Source: Eledone cirrhosa (taxonomy: Eukaryota). Taken from it: a DNA stretch of 64,000 nucleotides. Made by a program: the position numbers and the translations under genes. Location of the stretch: NCBI GenBank assembly GCA_964016885.1, contig OZ024753.1:46562001-46626000 (forward strand). The letters run 5' to 3'. Positions 41,951-57,416 of the stretch are shown one piece after another; positions within the stretch are counted from its first letter, which is position 1; each line of letters begins with the position of its first letter. Below the pieces are notes generated by a model. The model worked only from the letters and a program-made list of their open reading frames with translations. It was not told the origin of the DNA and searched no databases.

Positions 41951-43900
41951 ACAGTGTTGTCGTTGTCAGAACCTAATGGAGAGAAAGCATTAAATGCAAT
42001 AAAGAAAAAATAGGGGAGAGGAAGACACACACACACACAGGTGTACACACATGCACACAGAAACAGTTGTACATGTGAGTTCTGAGAGGGGAGGAGAGAG
42101 AAAGGTGCAAAAGTGTGTGGAGGGGGGGAGTGGAGGGGAGTGTGGTGCTTGAAAGAAAAGTTATAACAATGTTCTCAAATTATATGTGTGTATATGTGTT
42201 GTGTGTGATGTATTGTATGTGTGTGTATCTGTGTTGTGTGTGATGTATTGTATGTATGTGTATCTGTGTTGTGTGTGATGTATTGTATATGTGTGTATGA
42301 ATATTTGTATGTGTGGTGTGTGTGTGTATATTTGTATGTGTGTGTATGGACCCCCTTAGTTCCTGATGGACCCATAGAAACACTGGTGTGACTTTGAGAT
42401 TTTATACCAAACACAGCCCACCCACACTCTCTCTAGATAGGAACACAACTAATTTCTTAGTAGAGGGGGAGAGAGAGGAAGTGAGAAATCAATATAAAGG
42501 AAGAACCAATATTGAACTGGTATTTTTTTTATTGATCTCGAACGGATGAACTACAAAGTTTACCTCGGTGGGATTTGAACTCGGACCAAAGATATCTGGA
42601 ATGTTCTAACAACTCTCTACATACATATATATATACATATATACATACATATATACATACATATATATATGGTGGCTGCCAACTCGTTTTCGAGTACGGC
42701 CACTACTTTATATCCATGTAGGAGAACCCCTACCGATGCGCTGAACGAGTGTGACCTTTTAGTCCAGCCAGCGACTTGAAAACTCTGGTACAAACACTAC
42801 ACCTGTGACAATTACTGACACATAGTGCTGGGCCCATGGTAGCATGTGACGACAAGTGCAGAGAGATCTCCAGATATAAAGCAATGCCTGTGCCGTGAAG
42901 CTTTTATAGTGAGCAAAGGCACTGCACAAAGCCAGTCCCACTCTCTTAACCAAGATGATATTTACCAAAAATATTTACATATATATATACATACATACAT
43001 ACATATATACATACTTCATACATACATACATACATACTTTATACATACATTTACATTGGTCTAAATAGCACAAATTTAAAAAATGCAGACATGCAACCCT
43101 CACCCCCCATTTCAAACATACACACATACACATACATATAGACATACACATAGACATACATATAGACATACACATACATATACACATAGACATGAACATC
43201 AAAAAAATAGTCCCACATACACTCACATAAACAGATAATTACCCTAAACACATACGTTCATGGTTCTGTGTGTTTGTATGTATATGTGTGTGTTTGTATG
43301 TATATGTGTGTATGTATATGTGTGTGTTTGTATGTATATGTGTGTGTTTGTATGTATATGTGTGTGTTTGTATGTATATGTGTGTGTTTGTATGTATATG
43401 TGCATGCATTTGTCTGGATGTATTTGAGAGTATATATGTCAGTGTATATATGTATGTGCATGCATTTGTGTGTATGTATGCAGGTATGCATATGTGTATA
43501 ATGTTATGTGTGTATATATGTATGTATATATGTATATGCATTTATAGACATTATAGGGAGAAAGGGAGAAAATTGAGAGATAGGGAGAGGAGACATTATG
43601 TATTGGGTGGGTTGTAGGGAGAGGAGGGGTGTACTGTGTGGTGGTGGGAGGAGGAGGAGGAGGAAGAGGGAGAAATGATTTATGGGATGGATAGGGAGGT
43701 TAAAGAAATGTAAAGGATAGAGAGAGGGAGGGGAGGTTAGAGAAATGTAGAAGAAGTGAAGAGACAGGGGGAGGGGTTAGAGAAATGTAGGAGAGGGGAG
43801 GGATGTGGATAGAGAGTATAGGGTTAAATGTACCTTTGATGTATGGGTAGACAAAGTATGGGTAGATATGCTGCAGTTAGTGATGTGTGTATGCATGTTC

Positions 43901-44405
43901 TGGAGTGTAAGTAGGTATTCTGGAGTGTAGGTAGGTGTTCTGGAGTGTAGGTAGGTGTTCTGGAGTGTAGGTAGGTATTCTGAAGTGTAGGTAGGTATTC
44001 TGGAGTGTAGGTAGGTGTTCTGGAGTGTAGGTAGGTATTCTAGAGTGTAGGTAGGTATTCTGGAGTGTAGGTAGGTGTTCTGGAGTGTAGGTAGGTATTC
44101 TGGTGTGTAGGTAGGTATTCTAGAAAATAGGTAGGTATTCTGGAGTGTAGGTAGGTGTTCTGGAGTGTAGGTAGGTGTTCTGGAGTGTAGGTAGGTATTC
44201 TGGAGTGTAGGTAGGTATTCTAGAAAATAGGTAGGTATTCTGGAGTGTAGGTAGGTATTCTGGAGTGTAGGTAGGTGTTCTGGAGTGTAGGTAGGTGTTC
44301 TGGAGTGTAGGTAAATATTTTGGAGTGTAGGTAGGGGTTCTGGAAAGAGGGTAGGTGTTGTGGAGTGTAGGCAGGTGTTCTGGAGTGTAGGTAGGTGCTC
44401 TGGAG
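43901..44405. repeat. 20-bp minisatellite (tggagtgtaggtaggtrttc)n
   Basis: About 25 tandem units in exact 20-bp register. Confidence 0.96.
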
Positions 44406-44851
44406 TTAAAGTGTGCTTAGATGTTCTATAGCTAGGATGAAGTGTAGGCAGGTGTTGTGGAGTGTAGATAAATGTTCACTGCCCCCTTCCAAACACTACA
44501 CCACCACCACCACTAAATTCCCCCTCACCAACATCACCATCACATCAATGGGTTAGTAACAGTAAGAGGCAGTGAAAGTTTTTTTACTTATTTAGGGAGT
44601 GGAGGGGGTGGGGGTGATAGAAGAGATTTTTAGTTACATATTTACATATTGAAACTTTAATATAATTCTAATAAAATTTGATTATATTTTATTTGATTTT
44701 TGAAAATTTATTTATCTAAATTTCCTTTAATGTGAGGCGAGAAATAGTCAAGAAAGTGGAATTACTGGTACACTTGTGTGTGTATGTGTGGGTGTATGTT
44801 TGTGTGGTGTGTGTGTATGTGTAAATATATATATGTGTGTGTGTGTCTGTG

Positions 44852-44882
<31 letters not shown>

Positions 44883-44905
44883 ATATATATATATGTGTGT
44901 GTGTC

Positions 44906-44955
<50 letters not shown>

Positions 44956-45285
44956 GGAAGCACATGGCTTAGAGGTTAGAGCATTGGCCTTGCAATCGAA
45001 AGGTTGTGAGTTCAATTCCCAGACCAGGTGATGTGTTGTTTCCTTGAGCAAGACACTTTATTTCATATTGCTCTAGTTTACTCAGCTGATGATAGGGACT
45101 GGGGTCCCTATCATTCCACTGTAAAGTGGTTGTGGAGGTGCCACAGCAAAAAAGCACCCGGCACTCACTGTAAATGAGGTTGGTGTTAGGAAGGGCATCC
45201 AGCTGTAGAAATCAAGCCAGAATTAGTTCCTGTTCCACCCTTGCAAGCAGGGAAAAGCGGACGTAAAAGGATGATGATGATGATG
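44956..45285 (+). mobile_element. SINE family A, full-length (tRNA-derived head, RTE-LINE-derived 3' tail)
   Basis: A box tggcttagagg and B box gagttcaattc. Tail shares gcactcactgtaaatgaggttggtgttaggaagggcatccagctgtagaaatcaagcc with the LINE; (TGA)n end. Confidence 0.9.
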
Positions 45286-46162
45286 TGTGTGGGTCCGTAT
45301 ATTTGTATGTGAGAGTCTTGGCCTGCTGCCTGGTTTAACTCCACAATCACCAACACTCAGCTGTCTTTTAGCAGACTTCATTCTGTTGCAGGAATTTGGA
45401 CTAATATCTGGCCCTTTGTCCTAATTTTGCTCCCTACAAATATTTAAACTGGGTAACAGCAGGCACATCAATCTCAACATTCTAGAGTTGGGTGGCCTGC
45501 AAAGATCATGCCAAAATAGTGTATACATGCATATGTATATATAGGTTGTGTGTGCATGTGTATGTCTGACTGTTAATATATACACATACTGCCACTTGAA
45601 TATACATATAGTCACATGCATATGCAGACACACACACATGCACTCATCCTAACAAATACAAACATACGTATACATTTATGAATATGCTTGCACTTATATA
45701 AACGTGTATAGACATATATAAGTACATGCATACAAATATATACACATACATTGCTACTTATAGGCACAGATGTGCACAAAACTATACATGTTATTATATA
45801 GAGCCATATATATACACACATCTGTACTACATAAACATGCAATGCAAGCATACAAGACACACAATATGACAGCTCACAAGAACATAAAATATAACTTTGA
45901 AAGCTCCTACCTCCTCGCCATTTCCTGTCCCTCTCTCCTTCCTCTTTACACCCCCTCTCTATCTCTCTCTCCCGCTCTCTCTCTCCCTTCCCCCCAATTC
46001 AATCCGCTCCACTCCACATACTGTTCTTTGCAATCCGGAGTAGTGTCACACTCAGTTATCATTGCTTGTCAGTCCCATTTAAGAAAAGCCAAGCTGGAGG
46101 TGCACGTTAGACTAATTACCAGATTAAAATATACATACATACATGCATACATACATACATTT

Positions 46163-46227
<65 letters not shown>

Positions 46228-46444
46228 TATAGGAAACAAAAACAAATCAAGAAAAATATGGTGTAAAATTATAATAGTCAAACTTACACACACACACGTG
46301 TATGAGTCCAAACCATGGCAACATGGAAGTAAACCATAAAACAATGATGATGATTTATAAATGCATGTATGTATATATGTGTATGGCTGTATATATGTAT
46401 GTATATATGTATGTATGTATATATGTATGTATGCATGTATGTAT

Positions 46445-46890
46445 GTACTTTATTTTATCCACCCTGGAATGACAAAAGATAAAGTTGATCTTGGTTGGAT
46501 TTGAATTCAGAATGTAAAGAACTGGAACAAATTCTCCAAAGATTGTTTTTGAATGCTCTGCCGATTCTCTTAATCCAATAATAACTAACAATGTTTATGG
46601 AAATTCCACATTTATTTTGAAAGCTATAAGATTGTTGGAACTATATCAATGAATGAACAGACCTCAGTTGGTTTCAATGATAAACACTGTGAAATACGTT
46701 CTTTTCAGACTGTGTATATCTTTTTTTGGAAGGCAGAGAATTAACCAAGTCATTGGAATATCAGATAGTGCCTTGTGGTATTCATTCCAGCCTTCTGCAC
46801 AGCCTGAGTTCAACTCCCAGCGAAGTCAACTTTCCCTCTCCTCCTTTCAAGGTTGATAAAGAAATACCAGTCCAGTACTGAGATTGATTC
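46445..46890. mobile_element. Two degenerate SINE family B copies (- at about 46445-46570, + at about 46750-46890)
   Basis: Degenerate core and B-box matches. Confidence 0.65.
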
Positions 46891-47184
46891 TTCCTCTCTA
46901 TCACTCTCCCTTCCTCTCTATCACTCTCCCTTCCTCTCTATCACTCTCGCTCCTTCTCTGGAAGAAATTGGTTGTGTTTAGAGCTGAAGAAGGAATATGT
47001 CTGCCAGGTTTAAAATGCTAAACAAATGCCATATGCTACTATGGCACCCCCACATCTCTCCAAGGAGTTACAAGTCCATAAATACATATTTTTTATAAGC
47101 TTTTGGTTCTTGATGTGTTATAAAGTCCAGAGAGACAATGTGGTAATGTAAATATGATTATCTCTGTTCTTCTTTATTTGGTTT

Positions 47185-47370
47185 GGATTGGCAGTATCAG
47201 TAGAGGGTCGGATGCCATGCTTTGACGTAAAGAGTTACGTCCCTTTATGATCTGAGTTCAAATCCCGCCGAGGTTAACTTTGCCTTTCATCCTTACGGGG
47301 TCGATAAAATAAAGTACCAGTAATGTACTGGGTAATTGCTGGCCTTGTGCCAAAAGTAGAAACAATTATT
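47185..47370 (+). mobile_element. SINE family B copy
   Basis: Full head, core and tail. Confidence 0.9.
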
Positions 47371-47861
47371 TTGTTGTAATTATTCTCATTTGATATTCCA
47401 CAACACCATTCCAATATTCTGACTTTCCATATTCATATATTCTGACATTCTTTACCTTGAGACAATACACACCACCATATTAGTTAGATGGAAATTATAA
47501 AGAAAATTTAATTTAATTCCTTAAACGGAATTTACCAACATTTTTATACATTCCTGTATGCATACACATGTGTTTGTATATGCATATATCTAAGTGTGTG
47601 CGTATCTATGTATGTTTGTATATGTGTGTGTATATGTATCTATGTGTGTTTGTATATGTGTGTATGTATGTTTGTATATGTGGAAAATCTGAATGTTTTG
47701 TATATTTTTACATGTTTTTGGCTGTAATAGTTGTTGTACCTTAATTAAAATTTCTCTGTATTTTACTATATTTATTGTGAAACACCTGCTTTATTTCGTT
47801 TACATTGATTTAGTCAAACTATAATACAGCTGTAACACATACCCCACACACCACACACACA

Positions 47862-47892
<31 letters not shown>

Positions 47893-48289
47893 CACACACA
47901 CATACACACCACACACATATACACACACCACACACACACATACACACATGTAAGTGATGTGTGTCAGACCTTCACTAGTTCCAATTATTAGTGTTCCAGT
48001 TGATTCAATCAATGGAACAGATTGCAAGTGGCTGAGTATTCCAGAGCCATGTCTATCCGTAATATAGTTCTTCGAAAGATTTAGTGTAACCCAGGGGAGA
48101 TAAGAAGGTTGACCATTTTAACTACAACTCATTATAGCCAATATAAGATACAGTCACTTGTTCAAGGACACAATGTGCCAACTGGTATTGAACTCTGGTG
48201 ACATAAGAAAGCAAAAATCCAACTTACCTGTCAGGTATAATAGTTTTGATCTTTAGTCCCCAGTTTATTGCCATTGATGACATTTCCTT

Positions 48290-48570
48290 CATTACTGACC
48301 CCCTGCCATTCCTTTATTACTGGCCTCCTGTCATACCATTATTACTGGCCCCTGTCATACACTTATTACTGGCCCCCTGTCATACCCTGATTACTGGCCT
48401 CCTGTCATACCCTAACCTCTGGCCATACCCTGGCCTCCTGTCATACCCTGATTACTGGCCTCCTGTCATACTCTGGCCCCCTGCCATACCCTGGCCTCCT
48501 GCCATACCCTGGCCCCCTGTCATACCCTGACCCCCTGTCATACCCTAACCTCCTGCCATACCCTGTCAAG
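48290..48570. repeat. Minisatellite tggcc(c/t)cctgtcataccc
   Basis: Tandem degenerate units. Confidence 0.88.
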
Positions 48571-50404
48571 GTGCTCTACAACATATGGTAGCCCACTATG
48601 ACCAAGTAAGGCAGCTCTATGTGACTTGGAGCTTCGTCTCGATTCTGAAGACTTCCTTCCCAATACAATCAGACATTTCTTCTCTAATAAAACTTCATTT
48701 CTGTCTCTCAGCAGAAGAAAGTTTTTTTACTAAAAAAAATGTACAAAAACTATTTATGACTTATTTGCTGATCCCTGCTCTGAGCTTGAAATTTGTAACA
48801 TGTACTATCACACACACACACACACACACACACATGCACTCACACGCACACATACACGCACTCATACACACTCACACATATACACACACACTTACACATA
48901 CACCTGTAAATGACTGAGTATGTAGGGTGATAGGGTGAGTTGGTCATGCTACTACAAGCTTTTTATCAACATTGATGTTGTAAACAAATAGAGGTTCTTC
49001 TACTTTCCTTCTTCTTCTTCTTCTTCTTCTTCTTCTTCTTCTTCTTCTTCTTTATGAGACTGTTGCTATCCCAGGTTGTTGTTCACCTGACCGAGGTCAG
49101 TGACCAGGGCCCCAAGTACATGTTGATGATGCCATGAAGATATGTGACCAACTTAAGCAGGATTTCATTCCTGCTACAAAATAAATGCATTTCTGATGAT
49201 GTACATATATGTATATGCAATTATTTGTTTTATATATATAGGTATTATGTGTATATTTATATACATGCAAACACACATTCACACACACATACTCACACAC
49301 ATTCACAGACACACAGCAATAAAAAGGAAGAGAGAATGTTTCTCCCCCTCCCTCTCCTCTGATCTTTGACTTCAGCTCTGGGGCAGATATCTTTGATAGT
49401 TCCACTAACAACATGATCTCCCTCCCTCTCTCCTCTACCTTCTCCTCCTCTCCACATGAAATTCAATCAAAGACACCAATTTCTTTTCACAATGTTTACA
49501 GTATTAATTTCCTTATATTTAATGTTTCACTGTTTTGTTTGTTTGAACATTTGTCTGTGTGTACCTGTGTCTATGTCTGTCTGTGTGTACCTGTGTCTGT
49601 GCCTGTCTGTGTGTGTGTGTCTGTGTGTGTGGTATGTGTGTGTGTGAGTATGTGTATGTGTTTCTATGTGTATCTATGTGTGTGTGTCTGTTTTATGATC
49701 TCTGCATGCTCCTATGTGTATGTTTGGATATATGTATGTGTCACAAATATGTATGTGTCTGTGAGTGTGTGCATGTTTGCGTGTGTGTATGAAAAATATA
49801 AATTATCTTTTTTAATAAATATACAATTTCAGTTTCACTGTGGAACTTAAATAAAGTGGTTTAACTCTGTATGGATAGAAAAGAGGGGGATAAATCTGGC
49901 TAGTTTTTGGTCTTATTAGATCCTCATCAGAGTACTGTAGGAAAATTTGCAATGTTGATTAAATAGTATATTAGCCCTTACAGTCTTTATTATTCCCAAA
50001 ACACTGTGGTGCATTAACAATTAATATACATATATAAATATATAAATATATATATGTTTATGTATATATATATATGTATGTATGTATATATGTATATGTA
50101 TATATATGTATGTATATGTCTGATTTTCTGGTAAGTATACAGGTAAAACTCCAAAGTAACAAGACTCACTACTTAGCAATAATAAAGAATATTTAAACTC
50201 TACTTCGGTATTGAGTACTTATTTCACATCAGGTTCACACATATATATATATATTCATTTATATATATGTGTGTGTATATATATATATATGTGTGTGTGT
50301 ATATATATGTGTGTGTGCGTATATATATATATATATATATGTAGATAAATCTACCAAGAGTTTACGGTAGTGTCCAATATGCCAATTCTAACACATATAT
50401 ATCT

Positions 50405-50748
50405 GGAGGCACATGGCTTAGTGGTTAGAGCATTGGCCTTGCAATCAAAAGGTTGTGAGTTCAATTCTCAGACCGGGTGATGTGTTGTTTCCTTGAGCAA
50501 GACACTTTATTTCACATTGCTCCAGTTTACTCAGCTGTAGAAATGAGATGATAGGGACTGGGTTCCCTATCATTCCACTGCAAAGTGGACGTGTAGGTGT
50601 CACGGCAAAAAAGCACCCAGCACTCACTGTAAATGAGGTTGGTGTTAGGAAGGGCATCCAGCTGTAGAAATCAAGCCAGAATCAGTTCCCGTCCCACCCT
50701 TGCAAGCAGGGAAAAGCGGACATAAAATGAAATGATGATGATGATGAT
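50405..50748 (+). mobile_element. SINE family A, full-length
   Basis: As 44956-45285. Confidence 0.92.
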
Positions 50749-50832
50749 ATATCCTAGAAACGATCGTTAAATAATGAACTTTTTTTGTTTAATATAAGGA
50801 ACTGTTTCATTGTTTTATTCATTATTTTTTTA

Positions 50833-50973
<141 letters not shown>

Positions 50974-51169
50974 GTGTGAGCATATGTATAAAATACACAC
51001 ACACACACAAAGCAACACACACATACTTCTACATAGATTTTCAGCAAAGACAAGATAATCAAATAATTAAATTTGAGAAATAAACAAATCTATTTCTGCT
51101 GCCAAACCAGATAAATTCTTCAAATACCAACATCTTCTAATTTTCCTGTTTTTTGGTTGGATTATCATC

Positions 51170-51465
51170 TTCTCTTTGGAAATGGTGGGGGGAGTGTGAA
51201 GTGGTAGAGTGAGAGAGGGTGAAGGAGAGGTCTTCTCTTTGGAAATGGTGGGGGGAGTGTGAAGTGGTAGAGTGAGAGAGGGGGAAGTAGTAGGAGGTGA
51301 AGGGAGGGCTTCTCTTTGGAAATGGTGGGGGGAGTGTAAAGTGGTAGAGTGGGAGAGGGGGAAGTAGTAGGAGGTGAAGGGAGGGCTTCTCTTTGGAAAT
51401 GGTGGGGGGAGTGTGAAGTGGTAGAGTAAGAGAGGGGGAAGTAGTAGGAGGTGAAGGGGAGGTAG
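51170..51465. repeat. Purine-rich minisatellite (about 60-78-bp units)
   Basis: ctctttggaaatggtggggggagtgtgaagtggtagagt occurs four times. Confidence 0.9.
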
Positions 51466-53047
51466 AACTGGCATAAGGTAAATGGGACAGGAAAGAAAGA
51501 AAGAAAGAAGCTACAGAATCTCTCTTTCTCTTCTTCCTCATGAGAAATAAATTGAAAAATGTAACTCACATATATACTTACATGCACATACATACACTCA
51601 TGCACTCTTAACACACATACATACATTCACACACTTAATACATGCATACATATGTATGCACTCTCAAACATATATGCACACACATATTCCTGCTCACGTA
51701 AATACACACACACATACACACACACACATGAACTCATGCAATTAAGGAAATCCCTATACACACTCACACATATATTCACACACATATGCTCACTCACACA
51801 TACACTGATATATACTCACGCATAAATGCTTACACCAACATACACACAGATACATAATCACACACACACACTCAGAGAAAATTAAAATAACAACAAAATA
51901 CCAGAAACAACAACTAATACTACAATAACAACAACAACAACTACTAATACTACTACAATAACAACAACAACAACAACTACTAATACTACTACAATAACAA
52001 CAACAACAACAACTACTAATACTACTACAATAACAACAACAACGACTACTAATACTACTACAATAACAACAACAACTACTAATACTACTACAATAATAAC
52101 AACAACAACAACTACTAATACTACTACAATAACAACAACTACTAATACTACTACAATAACAACAACAACAGTAATATCTATAATAATAGGTGCTCTGGGA
52201 ATTATAAAAAAACAGACAGACAGATTCGTAACCCAAACTGCAGGACTTACAAGTATAAACAACATACAACAAATAACATTACTAGGCACTGTACTACTAT
52301 GAAGAGCAGTTTCAATACAATAGAAACAAGAGTACATATAGCGAAGGTAGATAGAGCTGCAGGAAATGGTGTGATGGCAAGGATAATAACATTGGTTTCT
52401 AATTTAAAAAGGATACAAACCCTCGGCCTGTCTGGCAGTTCAGTAGCTGAGCTTCAGTTCTGTAGACATGTCCAACCCTTGCTAACATGGACAGTGACAT
52501 TAAATGATAATGTCATGATGATGTATGGTTGAGCTCTTTATGAAGGTTACTCAACTGTCCTTCTTTAATTGGCAAGTGAGGGAATTTTTTTGTTTTTGTC
52601 TGGTGGCAAAAGCAAAAGATGTTTTATGGCGGCCAAGATTGAGAGGACTGAAGATTAACACTTTACTCTGCAGTTAAACTCCCATCGATTTTTTTTTTTT
52701 TATGAAGTTCCACTTGAAAAAGAGGGGAAAGTAGACAGGAAGGTGCTCTCCTATAATGAGTTTCATGGAAGGTAGGTGGCTGAGGAGAAATGGGGAGAGG
52801 AGTAAATGGTTTTCTTAACCTCAACCTTGGTCAAGGAGCACCCTTGCCCAAGATAATCAGGGTATCTGTTGACTTGGGTTCTCTGACTATTCCTATTTGG
52901 TGGGTCTCCTGTATCTGGAGGACAGTTTAAATCATCATCACTGTTTTACGTCCGTTCTTCCATGCTAGCATGGGTTAGACGGGTTGTCCTGTTGTGGGCA
53001 GTGTCCAGTTGCCTGACCTTGTTTTGCTCATATGGGAACTGTATATA

Positions 53048-53085
<38 letters not shown>

Positions 53086-53309
53086 AATGATAATAATAAT
53101 AATAATTTAATAATTCCAAAGACACTAATATTTTTATGAATGAGAGAGAGGAAGAGTGAGAGGAGGAGAGAGGGTGACAGAGACAGAAAGAGATAGTGAG
53201 AGGAGGAAGAGAGAGAGAGGCAGAGAATTGAACTAAGAACTAATTAAATAAAGCATTGTAAAAATCAATAGCTGAGTGTGAAAAATATTGAAGAATCAGT
53301 GAAAATACA

Positions 53310-53950
53310 AGTTGTTGTTGTTATTGTGTGTGATACAGTTGTTGTTGCTGTTGTTGTTGTGTGGTACCGTTGTTGTTATGGTTATTGTTGTTGTTGGTGT
53401 GATACAGTTGTTGTTGTTGTTGTTGTGTGGTACAGTTGTTGTTACGGTTGTTATTGTTGGTGGTGTGATACAGTTGTTGTTGTTGTTGTTGTGTGGTACA
53501 GTTGTTGTTACGGTTGTTGTTGTTGGTGTGTGTGGTACAGTTGTTATTGGTGTGTATGGTACAGTTGTTGTTGTTGGTGTGTGGTAGTTGTTGTTGGAGT
53601 GTGGTACAGTTGTTGTTACGGTTGTTGTTGTTGGTGTGTGTGGTACAGTTGTTATTGGTGTGTATGGTACAGTTGTTGTTGTTGGTGTGTGTGGTACAGT
53701 TGTTGTTGTTGTTGGAGTGTGTGGTACAGTTGTTGTTGTTATTACAGTTGTTGTTGTTGGTGTGTGTGGTACAGTTGTTGTTGTTACAGTTGTTGTTGTT
53801 GTTGGAGTGTGTGGTACAGTTGTTGTTGTTATTGATGTGTGTGGTACAGTTGTTGTTGTTGGTGTGTGTGGTACAGTTTTTGTTGTTGTTAGAGTGTGTG
53901 GTACAGTTGTTGTTGTTACAGTTATTGTTGTTGTTGGTATAGTTGTTGTT
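53310..53950. repeat. GTT-rich minisatellite with a gtggtacagtt anchor
   Basis: Read directly. Confidence 0.92.
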
Positions 53951-54371
53951 GCTTACAAGGGGAAGATGAGTGGTAGTGAGAGGTGGTAGTGGTGGTAGTG
54001 AGAGGTGGTAGTGGTGGTAGTGGTGGTAGTGAGAGGTAAATATATAAACCAATATATTAACAATGAATATAAATCTCTGTTCAGTTGCAATGTTCCACTT
54101 TTTAGCTGTTGTCTTCTTCTTCTTCTTCTTCTTCTGTCTCCTTGTAAAAAGGAATTACTTTTTGATTTATGTACACATTTATGAATATATATAATATATG
54201 TATGTGTATATATATAATATACGTATGTGTGTATATATAATATATGTATGTGTATATATAATATATGTATGTGTATATATATGTGTGTGAGTGTATGTAT
54301 ACATAGTTTTTTTTACGTACCCCCCCCCCCCCACACACACACACACATATCCACACACACACACACATATC

Positions 54372-54405
<34 letters not shown>

Positions 54406-54560
54406 CACACACCAACATGTGGTAGACATCCATATCACATGTCAGTTCATATTTGTGTAAATTTGCTCAGTTTTCAATATATTAGTTGAAGTGATAAAAT
54501 GTAATAGAATGTTTGAAAGGAGACAAGAATTAAATGGAGAAGAATAGAAGCCAAATATGG

Positions 54561-56940
54561 CCAATAACAACAACAATAACATCACCAACAACATCACCAA
54601 CAACAACACCAACAACATCACTAACAACATCACTAACAACAACAACAACATCACCAACAACATCACTAACAACATCACTAACAACAACACCAACAACATC
54701 ACTAACAACAACACCAACAACATCACTAACAACACCAACAACAACATCACTAACAACAACAACAACAACAACACCACCAACAACATCACTAACAACACCA
54801 ACAACATCACCATTATCACCACCACCACCAACAACAACACCATCACCAACAGCACCATCACCACCACCAACAACACCATCACCATCACCACCACCAACAA
54901 CACCACCAACAACAACATCATCACCACCATCAACAACACCATCACCACCATCAGCAACACCATCACCACCATCAACAACACCATCACCACCATCAGCAAC
55001 ACCATCACCACCATCAACAACACCATCACCACCATCAACAACACCATCACCACCACCAACACCAACACCATCACCACCATCACCAACAACAACACCACCA
55101 CCAACAACACCATCACCACCAACAACAACAATACAATCACCACCAACAACACCATCACCACCACCAACAACACCATCACCACCATCAACAACAACACCAT
55201 CACCAACACCAACAACACCACCACCACCAACAACAACACCACCACCAACAACACCATCACCACCACCACCAACACCATCACCACCACCAACAACAACAAC
55301 AACACCATCACCACCACCACCAACAACACCACCAACACCAACAACAACACCATCACCACCACCACCACCAACAACACCATCACCATCACCAACAACAACA
55401 CCACCACCAACAACAACAACACCATCACCACCACCAACACCACCACCACCAACAACAACACCACCAACACCAACGACAACACCACCACCACCACCACCAC
55501 CAACAACACCACCAACACCAACGACAACACCACCACCACCACCAACAACAACAACACCATCACCACCACCACCAACAACAACACCATCACCACCACCAAC
55601 ACCACCACCACCACCACCACCACCAACACCACCACCAACACCACCACCACCACCAACACCATCACCAACACCATCACCACCACCACCAACAACAACACCA
55701 TCACCACCACCAACAACAACAACACCATCACCACCAACAACACCACCACCACCAACAACAACAACACCATCACCACCACCACCAACAACAACAACACCAT
55801 CACCAACAACAACACCACCACCAACAACAACACCATCACCACCACCAACAACACCAACACCATCACCACCAACAACAACACCATCACCATCATCACCACC
55901 ACCACCAACAACAACACCATCACCACCACCAACACCACCACCACCACCACCAACACCACCACCAACACCACCACCACCAACAACAACACCATCACCATCA
56001 TCACCACCACCACCAACAACAACACCATCACCACCACCAACAACACCACCATCACCACCACCAACAACAACAACACCATCACCACCAACAACACCAACAC
56101 CACCACCACCAACAACAACATCATCACCATCATCACCAACAACAACAGCATCACCAACAACAACACCATCACCACCACCACCAACAACAACAACACCATC
56201 ACCACCAACAACACCACCACCACCAACAACAACAACACCATCACCACCACCAACAACAACAACAACACCATCACCAACAACAACACCATCACCACCACCA
56301 CCACCAACACCACCACCAACACCACCACCATCACCACCACCAACAACAACAACACCATCACCACCACCACCAACAACAACATCATCACCACCACCACCAA
56401 CAACAACATCATCACCACCACCACCACCACCACCAACAACAACACCACCACCACCAACAACAACAATAACACCATCACCACCACCAACAACAACAACACC
56501 ATCACCAACAACAACACCATCACCACCACCAACAACACCATCACCATCATCACCACCACCACCAACAACAACACCATCACCACCAACAACAACACCATCA
56601 CCATCATCACCACCACCACCAACAACAACACCATCACCACCACCAACACCACCACCACCACCACCAACACCACCACCAACACCACCACCACCAACAACAA
56701 CACCATCACCATCATCACCACCACCACCAACAACAACACCATCACCACCACCAACAACACCACCATCACCACCACCAACAACAACAACACCATCACCACC
56801 AACAACACCAACACCACCACCACCAACAACAACATCATCACCATCATCACCAACAACAACAGCATCACCAACACCACCACCATCACCACCACCAACAACA
56901 ACAACACCACCACCACCAACACCAACAACAACAACAACAC
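54561..56940. repeat. 2.4-kb compound (CAC/CAA/CAT)n trinucleotide array
   Basis: Frame-preserving triplet array; produces the ~800-aa low-complexity ORFs. Confidence 0.96.
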
Positions 56941-57189
56941 CCTCTGTCTAATTCAGTGAAAGACAACCAATATAATTGTGTTTGGATAGTATTGAACACA
57001 TTCTTGTTATTCTATTAATGACTTTAGTCATTAGGTTGTGGCCATGCTGGGGCACCACCTTGGTGTGATTTAGTTGAACATATCCTTTCCAATACATATG
57101 TAGTTTCAAATCTGATACTTATTTTTGGTGTATGTATGTGTGTGACCGTATATGTGTGTGTATGTATGTGGTGTATGTGTGTGTATGTA

Positions 57190-57372
57190 TAATTGTTTCT
57201 ACTTTTGGCACAAGGCCAGCAAACACCCAGTGTATTACTGGTACTTTATTTTATCGACCCCATAAGGATGAAAGGCAAAGTTAACCTCGGCGGGATTTGA
57301 ACTCAGAATGGCAAGGGCCGTAACTCTATGCGTCAAAGCATGGCATCCGACCCTCTACCGATACTGCCAAAC
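57190..57372 (-). mobile_element. SINE family B copy
   Basis: Reverse complement of 47185-47370. Confidence 0.9.
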
Positions 57373-57416
57373 CAATGTATAATGTGTGTGGTGCATGTGT
57401 GTGTATGTAAATGTAT

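Noticed and set aside
41368-42048. Glycine-rich protein ORF
   Set aside because: (GGT)n microsatellite with no other coding evidence.
46653-46700. MNRPQLV resembling the next CELF exon (MNRPIQVKPAD)
   Set aside because: No AG acceptor before the ATG, and the similarity ends after four residues.
50118-50166. Possible hammerhead upstream of the 50197 hairpin
   Set aside because: The core (ctgattt/taaaac) is too degenerate to call.
50405-50475. tRNA gene
   Set aside because: A and B boxes are present but there is no proper acceptor stem. It is the head of a multi-copy SINE.
54442-56959. ~800-aa ORFs in three frames (mucin/extensin-like or poly-V/L)
   Set aside because: They arise from a stop-free CAC/CAA/CAT triplet array, with no domain, splice or codon evidence.
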